A DNA stretch of 58,845 bases from Anaerolineales bacterium (lineage in GTDB: Bacteria > Chloroflexota > Anaerolineae > Anaerolineales > UBA4823): positions 1 through 58,845 of the forward strand of contig JBAQFX010000243.1 of assembly GCA_049287485.1 (NCBI GenBank). The letters are read 5' to 3'. This document shows positions 7,960-17,781 of this stretch, one piece after another. Position 1 is the first letter of the stretch, and every line of letters starts with the position of its first letter. The notes beneath the pieces were generated by a model that did not search any database, was not told the DNA's origin, and saw only the letters and a program-made list of their open reading frames with translations. The translations under genes and the position numbers were made by a program.

Positions 7960-9609
7960 ATGGAAATCAGCCCTCTAGCGGGAAAGCCAGCCGATCCAAC
8001 CTCGCTGGTGGATGTACCCAAACTCATCACGGCTTATTACACAGAAACCCCTGATCCTTCGGTGATAGAGCAGCGGGTTTCATTTGGTACTTCCGGGCAT
8101 CGCGGTTCGGCCTTCGAAAAGGCTTTTAACGAATGGCACATCCTTGCTATCAGTCAGGCCATTTGCCTCTATCGAGCACAGAAACAAATCGATGGCCCGC
8201 TCTTTCTCGGCATGGACACGCATGCGCTCTCAATACCGGCTCTTGCCAGCGCACTGGAAGTGCTGGCTGCTAACGGCGTGGAAGTCATGCTCGCAGAAGG
8301 GGACGAATATACCCCGACCCCGGCCATTTCTCTCGCTATTCTTGCATACAACCGCGGACGCAAGACCAGTCTTGCAGATGGAATCGTGATCACACCTTCC
8401 CATAATCCGCCTCACGACGGCGGGTTTAAGTACAACCCGCCAAACGGTGGTCCTGCGGATGAAATCATCACCGGCTGGATCGGAGCGAAGGCAAACGGGT
8501 TTCTGGAGAGCGGGTTGAAGGGTGTGAAGAGGATCCCTTTACAGAAAGCCTTGCGTGCATCCACAACACATCGCTACGATTACCTTAATACCTACATCGA
8601 TGAGCTGGCTAATGTAGTGGATATGGATGCCATTCGCCAGGCGAAGATCAGCCTGGGGGTCGATCCACTCGGCGGTGCTGGTGTTCACTATTGGGGACCG
8701 ATTGCTGAGCGCTATGGGTTGAACCTTACGGTCGTCAACCAGGCCGTTGATCCCACCTTCCGTTTCATGACGGTGGATTGGGACGGTCAGATCCGCATGG
8801 ACCCCTCCTCCCCCTATGCGATGCAGAGATTGATCGACATCAAGGATCGCTTTGAGATCGCCTGGGCGTGCGACACAGACCATGACCGGCACGGGATTGT
8901 CACCCGGAGTGCCGGGTTGCTTCCACCCAATCACTATCTTTCGGTAGCTATTTATTACCTCTTGCAGCACCGACCAAAATGGCGCAAGTCAGCCGCGATT
9001 GGCAAGACGGTGGTCAGCAGCCAGATGATAGATCGTGTCGCTGCAAAGCTCGACCATAAGTTGTATGAGGTACCAGTCGGTTTCAAGTGGTTTGTGGATG
9101 GCCTGCTCGACGGCTCACTTGGATTCGGGGGTGAAGAGAGCGCTGGTGCGTCATTCGCCCGCCTGGATGGCAATGTATGGACTACTGACAAGGACGGAAT
9201 GATCCCCGCCTTGTTGGCAGCCGAGATCACTGCCCGGATGGGGCGCGATCCTGGAGAGATCTATTCCGATCTGACGCGCGAGTTTGGCGAACCGGTTTAC
9301 GAGCGCGTTGAGGCACCAGCCACTCCGGAACAGAAAGCGATACTGGAGAAGCTCTCACCGGAGCAGGTTAAAATTAAAGATCTGGCTGGCGAAAAAATCC
9401 AGGCGATCCTCACCAACGCACCTGGCAACGGCGCCCCTATCGGTGGGTTGAAGGTGGTGGCAGAGAGTGGATGGTTTGCGGCGCGTCCGTCAGGAACCGA
9501 GGATATCTACAAGATTTATGCTGAAAGCTTCAATGGAGCGGATCATTTGCAACGCATCCTGGAGGAAGCACAGATGATTGTCAGCGACACTTTGGCGGTG
9601 TCCACTTAG
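7960..9609 (+). CDS. pgm: Phosphoglucomutase, alpha-D-glucose phosphate-specific
   Basis: Catalytic loop TPSHNPPHDGGFKYN, GVDPLGGAG and GGEESAGASF. The ATG at 7960 follows GGTGGAGGAACAT; the track start at 7948 is a GTG. Confidence 0.95.
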   Translation: MEISPLAGKPADPTSLVDVPKLITAYYTETPDPSVIEQRVSFGTSGHRGSAFEKAFNEWHILAISQAICLYRAQKQIDGPLFLGMDTHALSIPALASALEVLAANGVEVMLAEGDEYTPTPAISLAILAYNRGRKTSLADGIVITPSHNPPHDGGFKYNPPNGGPADEIITGWIGAKANGFLESGLKGVKRIPLQKALRASTTHRYDYLNTYIDELANVVDMDAIRQAKISLGVDPLGGAGVHYWGPIAERYGLNLTVVNQAVDPTFRFMTVDWDGQIRMDPSSPYAMQRLIDIKDRFEIAWACDTDHDRHGIVTRSAGLLPPNHYLSVAIYYLLQHRPKWRKSAAIGKTVVSSQMIDRVAAKLDHKLYEVPVGFKWFVDGLLDGSLGFGGEESAGASFARLDGNVWTTDKDGMIPALLAAEITARMGRDPGEIYSDLTREFGEPVYERVEAPATPEQKAILEKLSPEQVKIKDLAGEKIQAILTNAPGNGAPIGGLKVVAESGWFAARPSGTEDIYKIYAESFNGADHLQRILEEAQMIVSDTLAVST

Positions 9610-9650
9610 TATCGGGGAATTCTTTCCCAGATGGAATATAAGGAGATCCG

Positions 9651-12194
9651 ATGAGCAAACAAACCCGTGCCATCCACCCAATCTACAACCTTCTACCGAT
9701 GGAAGTCGAGGGATTCGATTCCCTTGCCGAGCTGGCCTTGGATTTGCGCTGGTCGTGGAACCATGCTGCCGACGATATTTGGCGGCAGCTTGATCCTGCG
9801 CTGTGGGAGCTCACCCACAACCCCTGGGTGGTCTTGCAGACGGTCTCGCGAGATCAGATCGAGCGTGTATCTGCTGATCCCATTTTCTGCCAGCGCGTCG
9901 ATGAGCTGGTCCAAGCCAAACGACAAGCAGTAGAGGCATCCGCCTGGTTTCAGCAAACCTACCCAAAATCGCCCTTGACCTGTGTCGCTTATTTCAGTAT
10001 GGAATTTATGCTGAGCGAAGCTCTCCCCATTTATTCAGGCGGGCTTGGTAATGTAGCCGGCGATCAGCTCAAATCTGCCAGCGACCTGGGTGTGCCAGTG
10101 ATCGGCGTGGGGCTTCTCTACCAGCAAGGCTATTTTCGGCAGGTAATCGATAAGGACGGCGGGCAACAAGCCCTCTTTCCGTATAACGATCCCGGCCAAC
10201 TGCCGATCACACCTTTGCGCCAACCGAATGGAGAGTGGTTGCGGTTGGAAATCGACTTACCCGGTTACTCGGTATGGCTGCGCGCATGGCAGGTCCAGGT
10301 CGGCAGAGTAAAACTCTACCTGCTGGACAGCAATGACGCAGCGAATTATCCTGCTCACCGAGGGATTACCAGCGAGCTCTATGGAGGAGGGCCGGAATTG
10401 CGCCTCATGCAGGAATTGCTCCTCGGGGTCGGCGGATGGCGACTGCTTCACACCTTGGGGATCCAGCCGGAAGTCTGTCATCTGAATGAGGGGCATGCTG
10501 CTTTCGCCGTGTTAGAACGCTCCCTGAGCTTCATGGAGGAGACAGGGCAGCCCTTCAAGGTAGCACTGGCGGTCACGCGGGCGGGAAATCTCTTCACCAC
10601 CCACACGGCAGTAGCCGCGGGCTTTGACCGCTTCGAACCTGCCCTCATCGAACAATACCTCGGGGGCTATGCCGAGCAAAAGCTCGGCATCACCCTTCAC
10701 GATTTGCTGGCCCTGGGTCGGCAGAACCCCGACGACCCGTCGGAAAGTTTTAATATGGCTTATCTGGCCATCCATGGCAGTGGATCGGTCAATGGCGTGA
10801 GTCGCTTGCATGGAAAGGTGAGCCGGCAGCTGTTTGCGTCTCTCTTCCCGCGTTGGCCACAAGACGAAACCCCGGTTGGATACGTAACCAATGGTGTTCA
10901 CACGCCGAGCTGGGACTCAGCGGCAGCCGATGATTTATGGACGGAAGCTTGTGGGAAAGAACGCTGGCTGGGGACAACGGAAACACTGGATCGGGAAATT
11001 CGACGTATCTCTGACGCCAGGCTTTGGCAATTTCGCACTGCTGCCAGCACATCTTTCATCGAATACGTTCGTGAGAAATTGTCCCTGCAGCTGAGCGCCT
11101 CAGGCGGGTCGCCCGAGGCGGTTAATGAGGCGAAGAATCTGTTTGACCCCAATGCACTGACGCTTGGCTTCGCCCGTCGCTTCGCGTCCTACAAACGACC
11201 GAATCTGCTACTACACGACCCGGAGAGGCTGCTGCGCCTGTTGACCAATCCCGAGCGTCCTGTGCAACTCATCCTTGCCGGGAAGGCCCATCCAGCAGAC
11301 CAGGTGGGGCAGGACTTGATTCGAGAATGGATTCATTTTATTCGACGCCCCGAAGTGCGTCCCCATGTGATCTTCCTGAGTGATTATGACATGCTTTTAA
11401 CGGAGCATTTGGTGCAGGGAGTGGATATCTGGATCAACACGCCACGTCGGCCTTGGGAGGCCTGCGGAACGAGCGGTATGAAAGTGCTCGTCAATGGCGG
11501 CATCAATCTCTCGGAGTTGGATGGCTGGTGGGCGGAAGCCTACACGCCTGAAGTGGGGTGGGCGTTGGGGGATGGCCAGGAACATGGCGACGATCCATCC
11601 TGGGATGCAGCCGAAGCCGTGGCGCTCTATGATTTGCTCGAATACGAGGTAATCCCCGAGTTTTATACCCGCAACAAACAGGGTATTCCCGCTACCTGGG
11701 TGAGGCGGATGCGTGAAAGCATGGCACGATTAACAATACAGTTTTCTGCCAACCGCGCCGTACGTGAATATACAGAACAACATTACATCCCAGCTGCTGC
11801 AGCATACCGCAAGCGCGCGGTTGATAAAGGTGCTGTGGGCGCACAGGTGGTCAATTGGCAGCACGATCTCGAACAGAAATGGGGTATGATACGCTTTGGT
11901 GAAGTGAAGGTTGTGAGTGATGAAGTGAGGCACTTATTCGAAGTTGAGGTCTATCTCGGCAGCCTTGACCCCAATAGCGTGCGGGTAGAGATTTTCGCCG
12001 AAGGAGTGAACGGCGGCAAGCTGGTACTCCAAGAGATGAGGCGCGGTCAGCCATTGACCGAGGCAAACGGTTACACCTACAAAGCGCAGATACCCGCAAC
12101 ACGCCTAGCCACGGACTATACAGCGCGAGTCATACCACAGCACGACGGCGTTACAGTCCCCTTGGAAACCACTCGAATCTTATGGCAGCGTTGA
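9651..12194 (+). CDS. glgP: Alpha-glucan (glycogen/maltodextrin) phosphorylase, DUF3417-type
   Basis: 847 aa. Contains SMEFMLSEALPIYSGGLGNVAGD, HLNEGHAAF and the PLP-lysine region EACGTSGMKVLVNGG. Confidence 0.9.
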   Translation: MSKQTRAIHPIYNLLPMEVEGFDSLAELALDLRWSWNHAADDIWRQLDPALWELTHNPWVVLQTVSRDQIERVSADPIFCQRVDELVQAKRQAVEASAWFQQTYPKSPLTCVAYFSMEFMLSEALPIYSGGLGNVAGDQLKSASDLGVPVIGVGLLYQQGYFRQVIDKDGGQQALFPYNDPGQLPITPLRQPNGEWLRLEIDLPGYSVWLRAWQVQVGRVKLYLLDSNDAANYPAHRGITSELYGGGPELRLMQELLLGVGGWRLLHTLGIQPEVCHLNEGHAAFAVLERSLSFMEETGQPFKVALAVTRAGNLFTTHTAVAAGFDRFEPALIEQYLGGYAEQKLGITLHDLLALGRQNPDDPSESFNMAYLAIHGSGSVNGVSRLHGKVSRQLFASLFPRWPQDETPVGYVTNGVHTPSWDSAAADDLWTEACGKERWLGTTETLDREIRRISDARLWQFRTAASTSFIEYVREKLSLQLSASGGSPEAVNEAKNLFDPNALTLGFARRFASYKRPNLLLHDPERLLRLLTNPERPVQLILAGKAHPADQVGQDLIREWIHFIRRPEVRPHVIFLSDYDMLLTEHLVQGVDIWINTPRRPWEACGTSGMKVLVNGGINLSELDGWWAEAYTPEVGWALGDGQEHGDDPSWDAAEAVALYDLLEYEVIPEFYTRNKQGIPATWVRRMRESMARLTIQFSANRAVREYTEQHYIPAAAAYRKRAVDKGAVGAQVVNWQHDLEQKWGMIRFGEVKVVSDEVRHLFEVEVYLGSLDPNSVRVEIFAEGVNGGKLVLQEMRRGQPLTEANGYTYKAQIPATRLATDYTARVIPQHDGVTVPLETTRILWQR

Positions 12195-12244
12195 TTACCC
12201 TTCAAATTTGGTGCTACGTGCGCCCTTTCCGGAGGGCGTAGGTC

Positions 12245-12850
12245 ATGGTTAATTTCCAATCAGGTCTGCTCGGCATTTCTGAAACCAGTTCCGATATGCA
12301 AGATTTGCTTGAGTGTGAAGCTAAAGATATACGGGCAGCCGAGGCGCTTGCTCTGTTTTGTTATCAAGTGAAAAAAAGGATCAGGGCCTTCGCGGCAGCG
12401 CTAGGTGGAGTGGATACGCTGGTGTTTTGGGGGGGTATCGGCGAGAATGCGCCCCAGGTTCGCGCCCGGATCTGTGATGGGCTTGGTTTTCTTGGGATCG
12501 AGTTCGAAGAAAAAAGAAACATGGCTAATGTTGCTGTGGTTTCTACGGAGGCCAGCCGGCTCACTTATCGCCGCGCCAATCATGATAATATACATGTTCG
12601 CGGCTTCAAAGAAGAGGGTATAACGACGATACCGTTTGATAGGGTAGTGTTGAATGAATTGGACCGTTTCCACTTGGTTGGCGACGTAATTGATCGGATG
12701 CCAATCTTGGGATCACGCACTGCCTACGCCAAGCAATATCTTCGCGACAAGCTACTGGACCATAAGGCCTACATTGATAAATATGGCCAGGACATGCCGG
12801 AAATTCGCAACTGGAAGTGGAGTCTGGACAAAGCAGGCAAACATGTGTAA
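12245..12850 (+). pseudogene. Chimeric relic: acetate kinase C-terminal fragment fused in frame to phosphoketolase C-terminal fragment
   Basis: Residues 1..104 ([17 protein letters not shown]...[30 protein letters not shown]...) are AckA-like. From about nt 12557, (R)[39 protein letters not shown]...[10 protein letters not shown] is the Xfp C-terminus. Both parents are missing most of their length. Confidence 0.75.
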
Positions 12851-12905
12851 ATCCTGTAGGAAGCCAAGACAAGGATGAATAAATAGAAATAGGAGGATAA
12901 TCATT

Positions 12906-15395
12906 ATGGGACCGAATGCAAACAAGCCCGATGATAAAACCGAGGCGAAGGAAGATCTAAAATCCCTTCCCATGCCGGAACTACTGGTACAGTTGGGATC
13001 GTCGCCCGACGGCCTCAGCCAAGCTGAGGCGCAGAAACGACTGACCCAATATGGGCCTAACGAGATTGAAGAAAAGAAAACCAATCCGTTCCTGAAATTC
13101 CTCACCTATTTTTGGGGTCCCATCCCATGGATGATCGAAGCGGCCGTGATCCTATCGGCGATAGCCCGGCATTGGCCGGACTTTGGCATCATCCTCCTTC
13201 TGCTTATCGCCAACGCTGTGGTCGGATTCTGGGAAGAACACCAGGCAGGCAACGCCATCGCTGCCCTGAAGGCCAAACTGGCAATCAAAGCCAGGTTGAA
13301 ACGTGATGGGAAATGGGCCACAGCCGAGGCGCGTGAGTTGGTGCCGGGTGATGTCATTCGCGTACGCCTGGGTGACATTGTACCGGCGGATGCGCGCTTG
13401 CTGGCGGGCGATCCGGTGGAGGTGGATCAATCTGCCTTGACAGGCGAATCTTTACCTGCCATGCGCAAACCTGGCGAGGCGGTGTTTTCGGGGTCGATCA
13501 TTCGCCAGGGCGAAATCGACGCCATGGTGTACGCCACTGGTGCGAAAACCTACTTCGGCAAAACCGCACAGCTGGTGCAGGAGGCACATACCGTCAGCCA
13601 TTTCCAACGTGCCGTGCTTAAGATTGGTGATTACCTGATCATTCTCGCGGTGGCTCTGGTAGTGGTGATTATTACCGTCTCTCTATTCCGCGGCGACCCC
13701 ATCCTGACCACGTTGCAGTTCGCCCTGGTGCTAACCGTGGCCGCGATTCCCGTGGCGATGCCTACGGTTTTGTCCGTGACCATGGCGGTCGGCGCGCGCC
13801 TGCTGGCCAAAAAAGAGGCTATTGTGACCCGGTTGGCGGCTATCGAGGAATTGGCAGGTGTGGATGTGCTGTGCTCGGATAAGACTGGCACCCTGACCCA
13901 GAACAAGCTGACGCTGGGCGATCCGTTCTGCGTGAACGGTTTCTCTGCCGACCACGTCATCCTTTTAGCCGCACTGGCTTCTCGAGAGGAAGATAAAGAC
14001 ACCATCGATATGGCCGTGATCGGCGGTCTGGAAAATGATCAGGCTTTGAAGGGCTACCAGGTGGTCCATTTCCAGCCGTTCGACCCGGTGCATAAGCGCA
14101 CTGAGGCCACCGTTAAGGGTACAGACGGGAAGGAGTTCAAGGTAACCAAAGGCGCACCGCAGGTGATCTTGGAGTTGTTGGCCAATGCAGGCCAGGTCAA
14201 GCCCGCCGTCGAGAAGGCGGTCGACGAATTTGCAGCACGCGGCTTCCGTTCATTGGGTGTGGCTCGGGCAGACCAGGAAGGCAAATGGCAGTTTGTTGGC
14301 GTGTTGCCACTGTTCGACCCGCCCCGGGAAGAAGCCAAAGCGACCATCGCGACCGCCCGACAGATGGGGGTGAATGTCAAGATGGTGACGGGTGATCAGC
14401 TGGCTATCGCTAGAGAAACCGCCGTAAAATTAGGGCTGGGCACAAATATTCTCGATGCCAGTGGTTTCGGCGACACGAAGGTTTACGAGATGGCCCAGTT
14501 GGCGGAGTCCATCGAGAAAGCGGACGGCTTTGCCCAGGTTTTCCCCGAACACAAGTTTCACATTGTGGATATCCTGCAGCAGCGTGGCCACATCGTCGGT
14601 ATGACTGGCGACGGGGTGAACGACGCTCCCGCGCTGAAGAAAGCAGACTGTGGCATTGCCGTTTCCGGTGCGACTGACGCAGCGCGCGCCGCGGCCTCCA
14701 TTGTGCTGCTGGCGTCCGGGCTATCGGTGATCATCGATGCGATCAAGGAGAGCCGCAAAATTTTCCAGCGGATGAACAGCTACGCTATCTACCGCATCGC
14801 CGAAACCCTGCGCGTGCTGTTGTTCATGACGCTGGCGATCCTGGTGTTTAACTTCTATCCGGTGACCGCAGTGATGATCGTGATGCTGGCGTTGCTCAAC
14901 GACGGAGCAATCCTGTCCATCGCATATGATAATGTTCATTACAAAGATAAGCCAGAGGCCTGGAACATGCGCCTGGTGCTGGGGATCTCTACGGTGCTGG
15001 GTGTCATCGGAGTTGTGGCTGCGTTTGGCTTGTTTTATCTCGGTGAGCGCGTCTTTAATCTCGACAGCGGTCACATACAGACACTGATGTATTTGAAACT
15101 GTCCGTGGCTGGACATTTGACGATTTTCTTGACCCGCACGCGCGGCCCGTTCTGGTCTATTCGCCCAGCGCGGATTTTATGGGTAGCCGTGCTCGGTACA
15201 CAAATCGTGGCGACTTTGATAGCAGTTTATGGGCTGTTTATGACACCCCTCGGTTGGGGTTGGGCACTGTTCGTTTGGGGCTATGCGCTGGTGTGGTTCC
15301 TCATGAATGACCGAGTGAAATTACTTGCGTATCGGATTTTAGACCCGACTAAAGCCCCATTGTTGGCCAAGAAACCGCTCGATCTTGCACAATAG
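12906..15395 (+). CDS. P-type ATPase, P3A (plasma-membrane H+-ATPase-like) subfamily
   Basis: CSDKTGTLTQNKLT, MVTGDQLAIARETA and GMTGDGVNDAPALKKADCGIAV. The N-terminus GLSQAEAQKRLTQYGPNEIEEKKTNPFLKFL resembles plant/fungal PMA/AHA pumps. Confidence 0.85.
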   Translation: MGPNANKPDDKTEAKEDLKSLPMPELLVQLGSSPDGLSQAEAQKRLTQYGPNEIEEKKTNPFLKFLTYFWGPIPWMIEAAVILSAIARHWPDFGIILLLLIANAVVGFWEEHQAGNAIAALKAKLAIKARLKRDGKWATAEARELVPGDVIRVRLGDIVPADARLLAGDPVEVDQSALTGESLPAMRKPGEAVFSGSIIRQGEIDAMVYATGAKTYFGKTAQLVQEAHTVSHFQRAVLKIGDYLIILAVALVVVIITVSLFRGDPILTTLQFALVLTVAAIPVAMPTVLSVTMAVGARLLAKKEAIVTRLAAIEELAGVDVLCSDKTGTLTQNKLTLGDPFCVNGFSADHVILLAALASREEDKDTIDMAVIGGLENDQALKGYQVVHFQPFDPVHKRTEATVKGTDGKEFKVTKGAPQVILELLANAGQVKPAVEKAVDEFAARGFRSLGVARADQEGKWQFVGVLPLFDPPREEAKATIATARQMGVNVKMVTGDQLAIARETAVKLGLGTNILDASGFGDTKVYEMAQLAESIEKADGFAQVFPEHKFHIVDILQQRGHIVGMTGDGVNDAPALKKADCGIAVSGATDAARAAASIVLLASGLSVIIDAIKESRKIFQRMNSYAIYRIAETLRVLLFMTLAILVFNFYPVTAVMIVMLALLNDGAILSIAYDNVHYKDKPEAWNMRLVLGISTVLGVIGVVAAFGLFYLGERVFNLDSGHIQTLMYLKLSVAGHLTIFLTRTRGPFWSIRPARILWVAVLGTQIVATLIAVYGLFMTPLGWGWALFVWGYALVWFLMNDRVKLLAYRILDPTKAPLLAKKPLDLAQ

Positions 15396-15704
15396 ATCGC
15401 CAACCGGGCTTACGAACTCTGTGAGCAGTAAGGCCACCGCGTGAGCCACATGGGTTGAGACTGGCTTGAGGCAGTGTGTAAGATTCGGACATACAAGGCG
15501 GGACGACCGAAGGCTGCGTCAACGCCCTCCTGAGTCCCATGTAATTATCTACCAACGATGAAGGCTGTACCTTTTTAGATTTTTTTAGGTGGTGTTATGG
15601 ACCTAGATAGCTCCTTTTTTATAGGTGGTATTGAAGTAAAAGACCATTATAATGACAGGATGGGTAAATGTTGAAGTCCGGATGATTTGTTATGGAGATT
15701 TAAA

Positions 15705-16340
15705 ATGGAAATTCCTTTAAACGTTCAAGTTGAGTGCACGGATGGTATCTGTGGGCGCTCCGTTTATGTGCTGATCAACCCGGTTGTTGAGCAAGTAACC
15801 CATCTGGTGGTTAGAGAGGATACATCTTTAACCGAGTATATTGTGCCGGTTGATGTTGTGTCCGAAACGATAGCGGATACGATACAACTGAGCTGCAGCA
15901 AGGCGGATCTGGAGAAAATGGACCCGTTTATAAAAATGGAGTTCGTTGAAGAGAAGGTACCCGAGAGCTATGTAAACTATGGCGGTGGAATGTACACAGC
16001 GGGATCGTACTACTATATGCCCTATGTTACTCCTGGAATGACAGTGCAAGTGCCGGTGGAACATCGACAGATCCCACCTGGGGAGCTGGCCGTACGCAGG
16101 GGTACCCGCGTAGAGGCAACGGATGGCTATGTTGGCCACGTCGATGAATTTGTGGTTAACCCGGAGAACGGGCACATTACCCATCTGGTGATGCGTGAAG
16201 GACATCTGTGGGGACAGAAGGATGTGATCATCCCTCTTTCAGCGATGGGTGAACCCCGCGAGGATACCGTCTACCTGAAGCTCGATAAGCACCAGGTCGA
16301 GTCTCTGCCGACCTTCCCGTTACACAGGCGCTGGTCCTGA
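15705..16340 (+). CDS. PRC-barrel domain protein (two PRC-like modules)
   Basis: Two repeats of the pattern V...DG..G.V..........V.HLVVRE / GTRVEATDGYVGHVDEFVVNPENGHITHLVMREG. ATG at 15705 follows GGAGA. Confidence 0.6.
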   Translation: MEIPLNVQVECTDGICGRSVYVLINPVVEQVTHLVVREDTSLTEYIVPVDVVSETIADTIQLSCSKADLEKMDPFIKMEFVEEKVPESYVNYGGGMYTAGSYYYMPYVTPGMTVQVPVEHRQIPPGELAVRRGTRVEATDGYVGHVDEFVVNPENGHITHLVMREGHLWGQKDVIIPLSAMGEPREDTVYLKLDKHQVESLPTFPLHRRWS

Positions 16341-16426
16341 AATTTATAGTTTGTTGGCTCGCCTGGGGTTGGACATCATACGATTACCTGGACTTTTTCA
16401 TTACATTAGGTCGGGCAATCGTGTAA

Positions 16427-16696
16427 GGTGATGTGGAACGCGGCATAGTGATTTATGGAAGTGGCGTTGGCGCCAGTTTTACCCCTCACAAAATAGCTGG
16501 TATTCGCTCTGCCCTCTTCCATGAGAGTTATTCTGCCCATTAGGGGGTTGAGGATGATGATATGAACCTGCTTTGCTTGGGTGGGTGCGTGGGCGATTAC
16601 ACCATGGCCTGGGAAAGTATCCGGACTTATTTAGCAGCTCTTCCCGACTGAGCTGAGCTATTTGAAAAGGCTCAGGCAAAGGTGGCTGCAATAAAA
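16427..16696 (+). pseudogene. rpiB: Ribose-5-phosphate isomerase B relic
   Basis: My translation GDVERGIVIYGSGVGASFTPHKIAGIRSALFHESYSAH*GVEDDDMNLLCLGGCVGDYTMAWESIRTYLAALPD*AELFEKAQAKV is collinear with E. coli RpiB [57 protein letters not shown]...RHQQRV. It has two in-frame stops, the catalytic Cys is replaced (IYGSG), and the N-terminus is missing. Confidence 0.7.
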
Positions 16697-16713
16697 TGTA
16701 AGGAGATGAACCC

Positions 16714-17340
16714 ATGATCCCCTCTTCATCTATCACGACTTTATTCCTGGATATAGGCGGTATCTTGCTTACCAATGGCCGGGATAACCGTATTCAAAAA
16801 CGCGCCGCTGATAAATTTGGCCTGGATTATGACGAGATGAATGAGCGCCATCACCTGACCTTTGATACCTATGAAGAAGGCAAGCTAAGCCTGGATGAAT
16901 ATTTGAATCGGGTTGTTTTTTATCAAAAGCGGCCGTTCTCACGGGAAGAGTTCAAGGCGTTCATGTATGCCCAGTCCCAACCTTTTCCAGATATGATCGA
17001 GCTGATGCGCGCACTCAAGACTCAACACAACCTTCAGGTCGCAGCCGTTAGCAATGAAGGGCGCGAACTTACTGTCTATCGCGTCAAACAATTTAAACTG
17101 GGCACGTTTATAGACTTTTTTGTCTCATCCTGCTTTGTCCACTATCGCAAGCCGGATGCGGATATATACCGAATTGCTTTGGGTATCTCTCAAGTAAGTC
17201 CTCAACAAGTCGTCTACATTGATGATCGGCCCATGTTTGTCGAAGTAGCCCAAAGCCTGCAGATCCGGGGCATTCTCCATAAGAATTACAAAACCACACA
17301 GAAAGCCCTTGAGGCAATGGGTCTTGCGTTAAGGATTTGA
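16714..17340 (+). CDS. HAD-superfamily hydrolase
   Basis: Motif I-like LFLDIGGILLTNG, a cap region, and motif IV-like VVYIDDRPMFVEVAQSLQIRGI. Confidence 0.7.
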   Translation: MIPSSSITTLFLDIGGILLTNGRDNRIQKRAADKFGLDYDEMNERHHLTFDTYEEGKLSLDEYLNRVVFYQKRPFSREEFKAFMYAQSQPFPDMIELMRALKTQHNLQVAAVSNEGRELTVYRVKQFKLGTFIDFFVSSCFVHYRKPDADIYRIALGISQVSPQQVVYIDDRPMFVEVAQSLQIRGILHKNYKTTQKALEAMGLALRI

Positions 17341-17781
17341 GTACATCGCAAAAGATTCATCTATAGCTAACCCGGCTAAAATATGAATGGGAAGGGATGG
17401 TAGAAAAAATTCGAAATTTGGATTGTGGGAGCGGTTTAAATGATCCTTCCATTAGTACCAACTATTCTTATGATCTTTGGCTGTATGGGTGATCTAGCAT
17501 ATTCGATCTTCACTATCGTGATACAGAGTCAAGACCGGATATATTATTCATCACAGCAACCTAAGTATTGAAAGACGATCTGCATACCTATCCAGTCGGT
17601 GCAGGTAAAATCGTCCAACCGGTCAAAGACAACCGACATCACATCGTTCATGTCTATTGTTACCGCGCTGCCACTGCCGTCGGCCTTTTAGATATAATCT
17701 TACAGAGTTTGTCGAAGAATTTATTCTCGAACGCGGCTTGCGCACTTTGCTATACGGGGGATTTTTGAGAAACCAGGGAAT

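Noticed and set aside
7785-8054. 89-aa ORF overlapping the pgm start
   Set aside because: Different frame, no SD and a non-protein-like sequence. The pgm start at 7960 is well supported.
17440-17571. G6PD (zwf)-like 43-codon ORF as an annotatable pseudogene
   Set aside because: Similarity is limited to about 9 residues (IFG..GDLA). That is too weak for a feature call, so I mention it only as a possibility in a finding.
17572-17760. Minus-strand fragment reading ...GSGSAVTIDMNDVMSVVFDRL..., reminiscent of a HAD motif I (FDMDGV)
   Set aside because: The key Asp/Gly residues are replaced, stops surround it, and the match is very short. It could be chance.
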